This document shows, piece after piece, positions 19,461 through 28,112 of a DNA stretch of 64,000 bases (position 1 is its first letter; each line of letters begins with the position of its first letter). Origin of the DNA: a virus (lineage: Duplodnaviria > Caudoviricetes). The notes under the pieces are model-generated. The model saw only the letters and a list, made by a program, of their open reading frames with translations. It made no database searches and was not told the DNA's origin. The stretch spans positions 1 through 64,000 of IMG/VR virus record IMGVR_UViG_2974602649_000001; one strand, 5' to 3'. The translations under genes and the position numbers were made by a program.

Positions 19461-19788
19461 TCAAAATGATTCTCACCATGCACTACAAATGTAACTTGTG
19501 CTGTCAGTGGTTCATCTACTGTAATTGCACATCCAGATACTGGCCCAAATAGCCGTCACACATTCGCCCAGGCACATCAAGTGCTCTGGGTTTTGTGCAT
19601 TCTTTTGAAAATAAAGCTTGCTTTACATACTCACCCATGTATAATGAAACCCATAGACAGGAAGACAGGTTCACAACGAACCACCCTAGTCTCCCATAAG
19701 GCTTTCTAAGCCACTCTAAGCGCTAGGGTATCCAAAGCCACACCCTTGCTCTAAAACCCTCTCAAATCGCACCGTAGGAGCTTTAAAC

Positions 19789-20016
19789 ATGTTGTTCAAC
19801 ATTGACATGTCTGTCACTGTAGATGCTGAAATTGAAAAGGGCTGCAAATCCCGCATTGCACACCTTTGGGATGAAAACGGTAATGACTTGTCCTGCCGTC
19901 TCGGTGTACAACGTACAATCAACGTCAAAGCGGCATGCTCTTATCTGGTGGTGAACCAAAGCGCTGTTAGTGTTCTGACAGAATGTGGTGTTACTGTACG
20001 TCGCGGTAAGGCATAA
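19789..20016 (+). CDS. early hypothetical protein
   Basis: AGGAG RBS. Confidence 0.65.
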   Translation: MLFNIDMSVTVDAEIEKGCKSRIAHLWDENGNDLSCRLGVQRTINVKAACSYLVVNQSAVSVLTECGVTVRRGKA

Positions 20017-20202
20017 GGAGAAACCATGCCGGACGATCTAGACATTGATCAAGAACACGAGTTATCCCTACTATCCTCACTGGTTCAAGTTGGCATAGTA
20101 ATTACTTCACTTCTCTGGTTATTCTCCCAAAGCCCCTCATTGTAGGGGCTTTTCTTTGTTTGTGATTTGGCAAAATCACTACTGAAATATTTACCTCACC
20201 CC

Positions 20203-20232
20203 TTGACAAACCAGTGAATCGATTGCTACACT
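20203..20232 (+). promoter_or_regulatory. sigma70 promoter facing the non-coding palindrome array
   Basis: TTGACA-18bp-TACACT with extended TG. Confidence 0.55.
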
Positions 20233-20514
20233 AAAGCTACATGCGACGAAGGAAGCATGTATGTATTATCTATATGTATACCTTATTGTATGCGTAGCAT
20301 ACGACACTACCCCTCCTCATGTGCATAGCACATATCATGCCATCCTCATAAGAAAGCAGAACAATAGATGACCACATAAGGTCATCATGCTTTTGCCTTT
20401 GACGTACTGCAATACTACCCATGTGCAAAGCACATAAAGAACAGTTGCAGTACAGATACCTTATCAGAGACTAATACCCCGTAGGCAACGCCTACAAATA
20501 CCCCTTCCCTCATG

Positions 20515-20530
20515 TGTTCCACATGGAACA
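20515..20530. promoter_or_regulatory. parS-like site 2
   Basis: TGTTCCACATGGAACA. Confidence 0.7.
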
Positions 20531-20734
20531 TAGTCCTATACAAGCCTTATACTCGTTGTGTGTGAAACACACCAATGCTTAGAACTTCGCGGCATTGCCG
20601 CAAATACCCCTCTCACAAAGACACCTTTTCCCTAACAATTCAGTTCACGGGCAAGGCTGGCATATGGTACATATGGCTAAGCCGCGCTATCTTGCGATAG
20701 TCAAGGAATATTTATTAAATCACTCTGACTACAG

Positions 20735-20750
20735 TGTTCCATGTGGAACA
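20735..20750. promoter_or_regulatory. parS-like site 3 (inverted)
   Basis: TGTTCCATGTGGAACA, reverse complement of sites 1 and 2. Confidence 0.7.
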
Positions 20751-20941
20751 ATTCATAATTAATCACCCATATCAATACTTCACGGGCAATAGTTACAATC
20801 AATTAGAGAAATCATGTGGCTCATGTCATACTATGCACTTAGTAGGAGAACGCCCCGCAACGGGGTTGCAATCCATGCCCTCACTCGCCTACTGATTACC
20901 TACCCATACCGATCACACCGCCCTCAGGCAGGGGATAAGCG

Positions 20942-20969
20942 GTGTCCTATAATCTGCATTATGTTAAAT
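20942..20969 (+). other. dif-like XerC/XerD recombination site
   Basis: GTGTCCTATAA-TCTGCA-TTATGTTAAAT: 11-6-11 geometry, XerD arm identical to the gammaproteobacterial dif arm, XerC arm ends in ATAA. Confidence 0.8.
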
Positions 20970-21290
20970 TGACGTATGCGTAAAGGAGGCAATCGCTTAG
21001 CAAGTCCCATGCCAATACACCTTCCTTTTCAAATAATAAATCGGTTGACTGGTCTCACGGATTTTGATATTCTAGAGAGGGCCGGGGTATGCCCAAAGTC
21101 CGGGGCATTAAACCCACATACGCAATCTCCTTTGGGATGGAGTACCCACATGCTCAATGACGAGGGTTGCAGGGATTTTGGATTTGTGGGAGAATGGTAT
21201 TGCTGGGAAATCGACTTTCCAAAATAGGGGGAATGGGGTTTTCAGGGGATTCACTTTTCTCTAAGTCTGTGATTGATAAATCACAAGCAA

Positions 21291-21358
21291 AGAAAAGCCC
21301 ACCGATTAAGGTGGGCACACTCAGTCAAGTGCTGGGCAGTCTCACCGATTAAGGTGAG
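21291..21358 (-). terminator. terminator for minus-strand operon, with duplicated hairpin
   Basis: AAAA-GCCCACC-GATTAA-GGTGGGC, then CTCACC-GATTAA-GGTGAG. Confidence 0.75.
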
Positions 21359-21564
21359 TGGTCTCAAAAGAGAATAGCTGCGAGTATTGCTGGTATCAGT
21401 ATGATTGTTAGGAAGACCAGAATACCTTTGGTTTCCACCCATGTTGGTTGGTCATTACCACACCTTGTGAACTTACGCCGGTTTTTCATCCAACCTCCCA
21501 ATGAACTATGAGTAACGAGAAGAGTGTTGCCAGTATGAAGAATGCTGCAATGTACTGCGGTACG

Positions 21565-21780
21565 TCACTCATTGATACCACCTAGCAATAGGGTGTTGTC
21601 GTATTTGTCATAGTAGAAATGAGCACACCACCCATAGTCATTCTCGACTGGGTTGAATGTTGCAATTGTAGCATTCCCGCCTTGATCATAGTAACCAGAC
21701 CCCTGAGTGTGGTACACGACATCTATCGTTGTGTCATCTGGGAACTTGTCAAGCCATTGTTTGAATTCTTTGATGTTCAT
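21565..21780 (-). CDS. hypothetical protein
   Basis: ORF in minus-strand run. Confidence 0.65.
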   Translation of the reverse strand: MNIKEFKQWLDKFPDDTTIDVVYHTQGSGYYDQGGNATIATFNPVENDYGWCAHFYYDKYDNTLLLGGINE

Positions 21781-22242
21781 TAATTGTCTAGTCCTTTATT
21801 AACGATGCTATGGAGAGCATGCAGGCTGTGTGAATGGTTAATCCAGTCCAGTACGTCATGGAGTGCATCACGCATTTTCATGTTAGCCTCTTCCATCTCA
21901 TGGATGTCAGCAGGGCTGTACCCATGCTCTTCATGGGTTGTGTATGTGTTCATCCTGCAAACACCATAATCATTGCTATGAAGTGACAGATGATGCTACC
22001 AACACCACACACCATCATGATCCAGAACAACGTCCTCACTATTGGGTCAGGATCATTGATAAGTTCCTTAAACATAGTTCCAACCTTGGAGTCCATCAAT
22101 GTCTCCGTTCATACAGCACCCCAAGGTAAGAGCATTGCAAATCCAATAAGACCAGATCCGAACACCAACCCGTACACCCAGTGTGGTATGTCTTTACCCT
22201 CTTCACTTGTTTCAATAGACCCTTTAAGATGATAATCGCCTT

Positions 22243-22569
22243 TCATCCTACAATCCTCCATGCTGGGCGTTGAAGTACAGCGTTCTCAAATTCTTCAGAT
22301 GCAGATGCTGCTGCATAGTAGCCACCACTGAAGTTCACGTATGCGATGTTGATGATCAGGACACCCTGTTCAATACGCTGTGTTACTTTAGCACTCGGAT
22401 ATGCTGCACGCAAGCGATTGCATTGCACTGTAACCTCATCAACAAGCGATTGCCACTGAATTAGCTGCTCGTCAAGATCATCAGTCGGTTTCATGAAATG
22501 AGCCTTGAAGTGCTCGTAGTCGAAGTATGACTCAAACGAGTGAGTCTCACTGTGCTTGTAAACTGCCAT
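22243..22569 (-). CDS. hypothetical protein
   Basis: AAGGAG RBS before ATG 22569. Confidence 0.65.
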   Translation of the reverse strand: MAVYKHSETHSFESYFDYEHFKAHFMKPTDDLDEQLIQWQSLVDEVTVQCNRLRAAYPSAKVTQRIEQGVLIINIAYVNFSGGYYAAASASEEFENAVLQRPAWRIVG

Positions 22570-22580
22570 TGTTAGTCTCC

Positions 22581-22808
22581 TTAAAGAATTGGTGCTATTA
22601 TCAGTTCCCACAGTACAATTTCCAAGCCAAGCATGAAGAAGGCCATCAGTGAGAAGAAGAAGCTGACGAGTCGTAGAATCCACTTTAGACCCCACTCAGA
22701 AGCTGAATCTTGCCACAGTTTGAATGAAAATGCAATAGACAAGAATACTACAAATGCCAAAAGGGTCATGGCGAACCCACCGAACCACAGTTGTGAAAAC
22801 GCACTCAT
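22581..22808 (-). CDS. small membrane protein
   Basis: two TM helices. Confidence 0.65.
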   Translation of the reverse strand: MSAFSQLWFGGFAMTLLAFVVFLSIAFSFKLWQDSASEWGLKWILRLVSFFFSLMAFFMLGLEIVLWELIIAPIL

Positions 22809-23074
22809 TTAATGATCCTCGCACTATGCCCACGATATGAGAACTTCTCATTGTCTGGACCTACGTCAGCATATGCCGTTCTTGTCATCCCACAGTCTGG
22901 GCAATGGAAATCAATCCAGTATGTATCATCATCAGAACACCAGTTGCCAGTATTTGCGTTATACTTGCCAGTGTAATTTGGATGCTCGCACTCTTGTCGG
23001 AGTTTACCCAACAGTAAGTGTGCATCATTGATGATTTGCAGAATCGCTGTATGTTTATCACTGATTTCCATCAT
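22805..23074 (-). CDS. Zn-ribbon protein
   Basis: CEH...CPDCG; AGGAG RBS. Confidence 0.65.
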   Translation of the reverse strand: MMEISDKHTAILQIINDAHLLLGKLRQECEHPNYTGKYNANTGNWCSDDDTYWIDFHCPDCGMTRTAYADVGPDNEKFSYRGHSARIIK

Positions 23075-23241
23075 TGTCTCCTTTTAATCCTTCAGTAATG
23101 CAAGTACCCCACGCTCTAGCTGCTGCCAGAAACGAAGGGTAGAATTGCTTTGGTGGTTGTATGACAATCCGCTTCCGTATTTCTTCATTCATGGGTTGGT
23201 TATACCATGGTGTTGGAGGATTTGGATTGCATTCTGGACAC

Positions 23242-23580
23242 TTACTCATCTGGGTACTTGATGTAGAAGGTGAGTTTCTTCTTGGCTTCTTTCTCAATTG
23301 CCCTTCGCTCATTCCACTTATCAACTTCTGACCGATATAGATTGATAAGGTTCTGCGCTCGTTCAAGAGAACCCGATTCTGCGTTCCCCACCAATGCGTT
23401 GAACTCTTCATCTTCCATCCAGTACAGATTAGGAATGAGGTCAACAAGCACAGTGCCGATCTTAGCACGCCAGAAGATACCTTGCCAGTTCATTCCTGAC
23501 ACTACAGCATGATAACGAACCTTGTTCTCGCCATTCTCTGTCCACACTTCTTTCTTGATGTATGTGTTTAGGTATTTCAT
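23242..23580 (-). CDS. hypothetical protein
   Basis: GAGG RBS. Confidence 0.65.
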   Translation of the reverse strand: MKYLNTYIKKEVWTENGENKVRYHAVVSGMNWQGIFWRAKIGTVLVDLIPNLYWMEDEEFNALVGNAESGSLERAQNLINLYRSEVDKWNERRAIEKEAKKKLTFYIKYPDE

Positions 23581-24104
23581 CGTTGTTCATCCTCGTAGAT
23601 CACTTCCCACCAGTACTCGTTGTCTGGGTACTCGTTGGACAGTGAAAAGATTGCCGCGTCAGCATCAATTTGTGAAGTGAAATCACCACAGTAGATGATT
23701 TCCCCAGATGGTCGTTCGCAATACAGTTCATAAATCATTACAGCACCGTCACAATCAAGTGGTGTAGAGTACCTTCTACGTTCAGTTTCCTGTACGTCTC
23801 TACAAGATTTTGTACCATTCGATCCATTGCCCCCGCACTAGCTGCCTCAATAATCTGAGATGTAGTGGACAGGTTGCCATCGTAAGTGTTTACCACAGTA
23901 ACTTGAACAAATGCCTTAACATTCACAGCATGTACCCCGCAATTCCAATGAAACCCATCAAGCCGACTGCTGTCTGAATGCAATTCGACACGTAATACTC
24001 CTTACCAATCCGATCACCACAACCACCAAGGTTGAGTAGTCCATCTATAAAGAACATGAAGGTGAGGAACAACCCAATCACACATAGTACACCAGCACTC
24101 AAGC

Positions 24105-24386
24105 TCATTTTGCAGCCCTCTGATTATCCAACCATTCCCGTTCGTCTTTACGACGCTGTGCCCAAACTGCGTTAACTACGTCAGCTTGATCCTGATGCCA
24201 GACTTGTCCCGCAAAACCTTTGACAATCCCACATTCGTAGTCAGATCGATGGAGCTTAGGATCCAGTTTGAACCACAGGAACTTGCGTTCCTCCGCGAAT
24301 GCGTAGTGTAGCACACCTCCAATCTCTTTCACCTCGCAGTAGTACGGTTTGTACACTTCTGGTGGGTACTGAATCTGCTTGCGCAT
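24105..24386 (-). CDS. hypothetical protein
   Basis: AAGGAG RBS. Confidence 0.65.
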   Translation of the reverse strand: MRKQIQYPPEVYKPYYCEVKEIGGVLHYAFAEERKFLWFKLDPKLHRSDYECGIVKGFAGQVWHQDQADVVNAVWAQRRKDEREWLDNQRAAK

Positions 24387-24395
24387 GTGTTCTCC

Positions 24396-24605
24396 TTACG
24401 TCCAGTCTTGTTCATCTTTGTAGTATGACCCTGCCTTTTTGATGACAGAGGACAAGTGTACTTTGTATTGGTCACTTTCGATATGGTACTCCTCCCCTGT
24501 TTCTCTTGCAAGCTCGTTGTACTTCTCAAGAGCAAGCCAGTAGTCATCAAACTCAAAGATGCTCGGATAGTGAGGCTCCATCACTGTTACAATCCACATG
24601 GTCAC
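24396..24605 (-). CDS. hypothetical protein
   Basis: ORF coupled to neighbours. Confidence 0.55.
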   Translation of the reverse strand: MTMWIVTVMEPHYPSIFEFDDYWLALEKYNELARETGEEYHIESDQYKVHLSSVIKKAGSYYKDEQDWT

Positions 24606-25229
24606 ATCCCAATCGATTCAAAGTAAGAACCAAGGCAGATAAGAGCAAAGCATACCCACATACCCAAAACAACTAACCCGAATCCGGTTTCACGTTCCTT
24701 GAATGCCTTGAGGGCAAGGATTAGGCAGAATGCTGTAAACCCAATCACCACAAGAGAGACAAGAATTACTGTGATGATTTCACTAGGTAACATTATACAC
24801 CTCCAATGATTTCACACATTGCAACAATAGATGCGACACCGCTCATAAATGTGAAAATCCCAAGCACAACCCCACTTACAAGGCTAACTAATTCCATACC
24901 ATCATGATCCCACATCTTACTGTATCGTTCTGCTTGACAGAAAAGCCAGTACGTCAACATTCCTGATGCAATCAGTATGAACACCCAAAGCGTAAACAAC
25001 ACCGGGGTAATATAATCCATTATTGGTTCTCCTTCTTCTCATAGAATTTGGTAATCACTTGGAACATCCCATAAAGGGTGACTAGGCCGAACGATAGGAT
25101 CAAAATCACTCCGATCAGTGCTGGGTTGTTTACCAAAGCGAAGAAGAATACGTACAAGATTACCAGAAGTGCCCCAATGGTGCAAGCCGCTTTGAACTTA
25201 GCTTGACTTGGTTTATTCTCATTACTCAC
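24602..25229 (-). CDS. three consecutive small 2-TM membrane proteins (24602-24793, 24793-25020, 25020-25229)
   Basis: hydrophobic helices, TAATG coupling. Confidence 0.65.
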
Positions 25230-25480
25230 AGCTTTTCTCCCACGAAGAACAAAATCTTATCAACAATGGGTTCACTAGTTTGAGTCAGAAACGCATCAGC
25301 ACCATCAGTATATTGATAATGATTACCTTTATCATCCACTTCAATCGTCTCTGCCCAGAGAGTCTTCTGTTTATTTATGCCAGTAACCCATACTTGAGTG
25401 TAACGACCAGATGTTGGACGTTCTTCTACTTGTTGAACACCTTCTTTCAGCAACAGGTCTTGAATTGTCAGCATTCTCAA
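25226..25480 (-). CDS. hypothetical protein
   Basis: GGAG RBS, TTG start. Confidence 0.55.
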   Translation of the reverse strand: MRMLTIQDLLLKEGVQQVEERPTSGRYTQVWVTGINKQKTLWAETIEVDDKGNHYQYTDGADAFLTQTSEPIVDKILFFVGEKL

Positions 25481-25683
25481 TCTCCTTCTGTAATGTAGTA
25501 ATCGGGGTGGTATTGACCGTATGACCAGTATGCTACATCAAGATCACACGCTTTGCAATAGATCATTTTCTCACAAGGATAACCATCAATACGGTCTGTC
25601 ACTTTCTCAACGAACTCAGAGCACCCGCACCGGGTGCAAAAATTCGGTTCCCCGTCCGGGGAGTAACCCGGGACGATCATCAT
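25477..25683 (-). CDS. Zn-ribbon protein
   Basis: CTRCGC...CKAC. Confidence 0.6.
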   Translation of the reverse strand: MMIVPGYSPDGEPNFCTRCGCSEFVEKVTDRIDGYPCEKMIYCKACDLDVAYWSYGQYHPDYYITEGD

Positions 25684-26021
25684 TCTCGGATTTCCTTATA
25701 GAATACTTTGATATGGTTGTCAACTGGAAACTTATGATGAAGCATTCGAGCCATACAATACCGAGTAACCTCAAATGGAACCCTTACGTCACACCATACT
25801 CGACAAAGGCATAGCCCAGCAATCGACATTGGGACACCTTTGATCCAATCGTCTCCCAGACGACCATCTTGACGCATGAACAATATCACATAATCGTCAC
25901 TCAGTACAACTTCACCTCTTCCCCACTTGATCAACGCATCTGGGTCGTCTGTAAACTGACGCATCCCCGCTTTCATTTCTTCAAGGTTATAGAATACCCT
26001 CAACTCACTTACACTTGCCAT
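25680..26021 (-). CDS. hypothetical protein
   Basis: AAGGAGG RBS. Confidence 0.65.
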   Translation of the reverse strand: MASVSELRVFYNLEEMKAGMRQFTDDPDALIKWGRGEVVLSDDYVILFMRQDGRLGDDWIKGVPMSIAGLCLCRVWCDVRVPFEVTRYCMARMLHHKFPVDNHIKVFYKEIRE

Positions 26022-26479
26022 TTTGCCTCCTTACAAGCCTGTCGAATACTGTCAATGTAGTCTGTGATCCAAGAGTACCCTGCATCAACAACCTTTGCGT
26101 TGTCCAGACTATACCCATAATAGTAGTAGTGTGTCAACGGTAAATCTGAAGCGATAAGTTGGGAGAGATATACACGATGGGTGAGCAGCTTTTGTCGGAT
26201 TGCAAGCTTGATCTTGCCTTCAAAATCGTCAATCTCAACTCGTTCAAGTTTCTTTCCCGCTGCCTTTGCTTCATATCCGTGTAGAAGTCGCAAATGTTCG
26301 TGTTTACATCCGGTGGCCAACCAGTACCAGTATCCCTCAACCGATTCAAAGCTTCCGTGATCCTTGAGTGTGAAGGGTGAAAGTGCGAAATTCGAGAGGA
26401 ATCGTCCCAAGGAGGTACGTGCTTTGCTATACACATTGATGTGTGTCACCCCATCGTCAATTGGTTGTAGGTCAATCAT
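26009..26479 (-). CDS. NADAR-family (T4 gp30.3-like) ADP-ribose hydrolase
   Basis: INVYSK..T.LGR.LSNFA.SPF...G.F.SVEGYWY...LRLLHGYEAK..GK. Confidence 0.75.
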   Translation of the reverse strand: MIDLQPIDDGVTHINVYSKARTSLGRFLSNFALSPFTLKDHGSFESVEGYWYWLATGCKHEHLRLLHGYEAKAAGKKLERVEIDDFEGKIKLAIRQKLLTHRVYLSQLIASDLPLTHYYYYGYSLDNAKVVDAGYSWITDYIDSIRQACKEAKWQV

Positions 26480-26842
26480 AGAGAGGAACCTCATTGATAT
26501 AGTAATCACAAGTTATGTCCATGTTATACCCGGGGACTCGACAAGTCTCCCAATCAGCATACTTGTACGCAATACAAGCTTGAAGTGCCCCTTTCAAGGA
26601 CTTGTGATGTGAAATATCCCATGAGTCATAGTTTTCAGCAGCTACAACCACGTATGCGAACTCACCATGGTGCTCCCGTGGGTGTCTACTAACCCTGAGC
26701 ATGGTCAGTTCTCATGCGAGCTTCATGAAATACTTCAAACTGCAAGCGAGCCAATTGCTCGTTGGTGAAATCAGGCAAGTGCTCAAGAGCTTTCTTGAAC
26801 TGGTTGAACACCTTACGATCTTGACCTTCTGGTTTATTCAAT

Positions 26843-27592
26843 TCAGTGATTGACATATTTACTCCTCATAAATTGTTCGTTGATTTCAATCAGGTTCATC
26901 TCGCCACTACGGGCAGTACCAGCATCAGTGTAAACCACATTACCAAGCTGTTCAAGTCGAGTACTTGCTGTGGGAGTATGACCGACAAGCACTCTATGAG
27001 CACCATGTACTTCACGAGTGTCATGACCCCTGTATTTACGCCTACCCCACTGAGCTTCACCATGGATATGCTCAAACTCTGACGGAGTTACGTTCTTGAA
27101 CATCTCCCAGTCATGATAGGGAACTTCCGCATGAACAATGCAAACCCTACCGAAGTCTGTCTCAAGTTCAATACCAAGAGGTAGACTCATAAACGCATCA
27201 ATGATCGACTGCATGAGTACTGGGTTTTGTTCAAATACATCCCAAGCCCAAAGCCCACCATGTTGTGCCAGAGTAGCCGCGTTCGTGCAAGTACGATAGT
27301 CGTATCCGTTTGCAAATGCATCAATGTGCATCCTTTCATGGTTGGCTTGAACAGAATGCACCCATGGCTCATATAACCAGTCAAGAACGTATTGACTCTG
27401 TGGCCCACGATCAACCCAGTCACCTCCCGAGAAAAGAAGGTCACCATTAGACGGACTGAATGCCCGCTCACGCAATTCAGTCTGCAATAAATCAAAGTGA
27501 CCATGCGTATCTGAAACGTAGAACAGGCGTCCCTCATATCCGCGTAGATCGTAATGGGCAATGTGATTCATTGACCCAATTAGTTTACGCAT
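26843..27592 (-). CDS. metallophosphoesterase (lambda NinI/PphA-like Ser/Thr phosphatase)
   Basis: DTHG, GDWVDRGP, ANHE, VHAE, GHTP motifs. Confidence 0.9.
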   Translation of the reverse strand: MRKLIGSMNHIAHYDLRGYEGRLFYVSDTHGHFDLLQTELRERAFSPSNGDLLFSGGDWVDRGPQSQYVLDWLYEPWVHSVQANHERMHIDAFANGYDYRTCTNAATLAQHGGLWAWDVFEQNPVLMQSIIDAFMSLPLGIELETDFGRVCIVHAEVPYHDWEMFKNVTPSEFEHIHGEAQWGRRKYRGHDTREVHGAHRVLVGHTPTASTRLEQLGNVVYTDAGTARSGEMNLIEINEQFMRSKYVNH

Positions 27593-28112
27593 ATTGATTA
27601 ATTATCTCCATAATCTGTTCCTCGGTGTGATTCTTATCGAATCCATCACCAAACCTCATCTTGAACCCTTTAGGCCAAGTGCCGATACAGTCAATGTCAA
27701 GCTTTGCTGCTGCAATCAAACCAGCAAGGTCTGTACCTGTTTGACCACCTGAAACAACGAGATTAACAGGGTGTTCCGCATGAACACATCGCAGTATCTC
27801 GTATACATGATCATTGACCATGTGCTGGTCCCAACCATTCTTTTCCCAAGTGTATATGCCATTCCCCGCAAAGTTGATTACCCTAGTGTCGTGTTCGATA
27901 AGCAGGTTGATGATCCCATCAACACAAGTCCGCCGCTTCCCATGCCAAGTGATTGGGGAAACTTTGAATATCTTACCCTTCGCAGACTTCTGTGTCAACT
28001 TTTCTCCAGCAGTGGAGTGATCAATGGCAAAAGCCACTGTCACCCCTTGAGACGCATTATGCGCGGTGCGAGGTCCGTACTGGGAATTGGCGTGCTGCTT
28101 CAGATAGATCAT
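27585..28112 (-). CDS. SLOG-superfamily (MoCo-carrier/DprA-like) protein
   Basis: RTAHN, INFAGN, VVSGGQTGTDLAGL...G..PKGF. Confidence 0.7.
   Translation of the reverse strand: MIYLKQHANSQYGPRTAHNASQGVTVAFAIDHSTAGEKLTQKSAKGKIFKVSPITWHGKRRTCVDGIINLLIEHDTRVINFAGNGIYTWEKNGWDQHMVNDHVYEILRCVHAEHPVNLVVSGGQTGTDLAGLIAAAKLDIDCIGTWPKGFKMRFGDGFDKNHTEEQIMEIINQYA

Larger units (their letters stand above)
8721..19645 (+). promoter_or_regulatory. series of ~16 strong sigma70 early promoters
   Basis: -35 hexamers at 8721, 9306, 9993, 10425, 11448, 11838, 12401, 12958, 13549, 15129, 17111, 17712, 18378, 18672, 19210, 19618, each with a -10 hexamer 16-17 bp downstream and most with an A-rich UP element. Confidence 0.85.
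12363..20156 (+). repeat. dispersed GCCCC-TTAATT-GGGGC hairpin family
   Basis: copies at ~12364, 13213 (modified), 15079, 15381, 16969, 18188, 20133. Confidence 0.85.
20238..20865. repeat. non-coding array of ~13 short palindromes/hairpins
   Basis: e.g. GTATGC-GTA-GCATAC, ATGTGC-ATA-GCACAT, ATGTGC-AAA-GCACAT, GTAGGC-AAC-GCCTAC, GTGTGT-GAA-ACACAC, GCGGC-ATT-GCCGC; no ORF of 60 aa or more. Confidence 0.85.

Noticed and set aside
20238-20865. CRISPR or mini-array interpretation of the palindrome region
   Set aside because: No identical repeat at regular spacing and no cas genes
20502-20934. KOPS-like octamers (CCCTTCCC at 20502; AGGCAGGG at 20926)
   Set aside because: One points away from dif; the other is a 7/8 match on the XerC side. 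Octamers this short occur by chance
21268-21285. TGTGA-N8-TCACA as a CRP/Vfr site
   Set aside because: Spacer is 8 rather than 6
20976-21352. Short plus-strand ORFs near the right boundary
   Set aside because: No RBS; low-complexity tract sequence better explained as a terminus region
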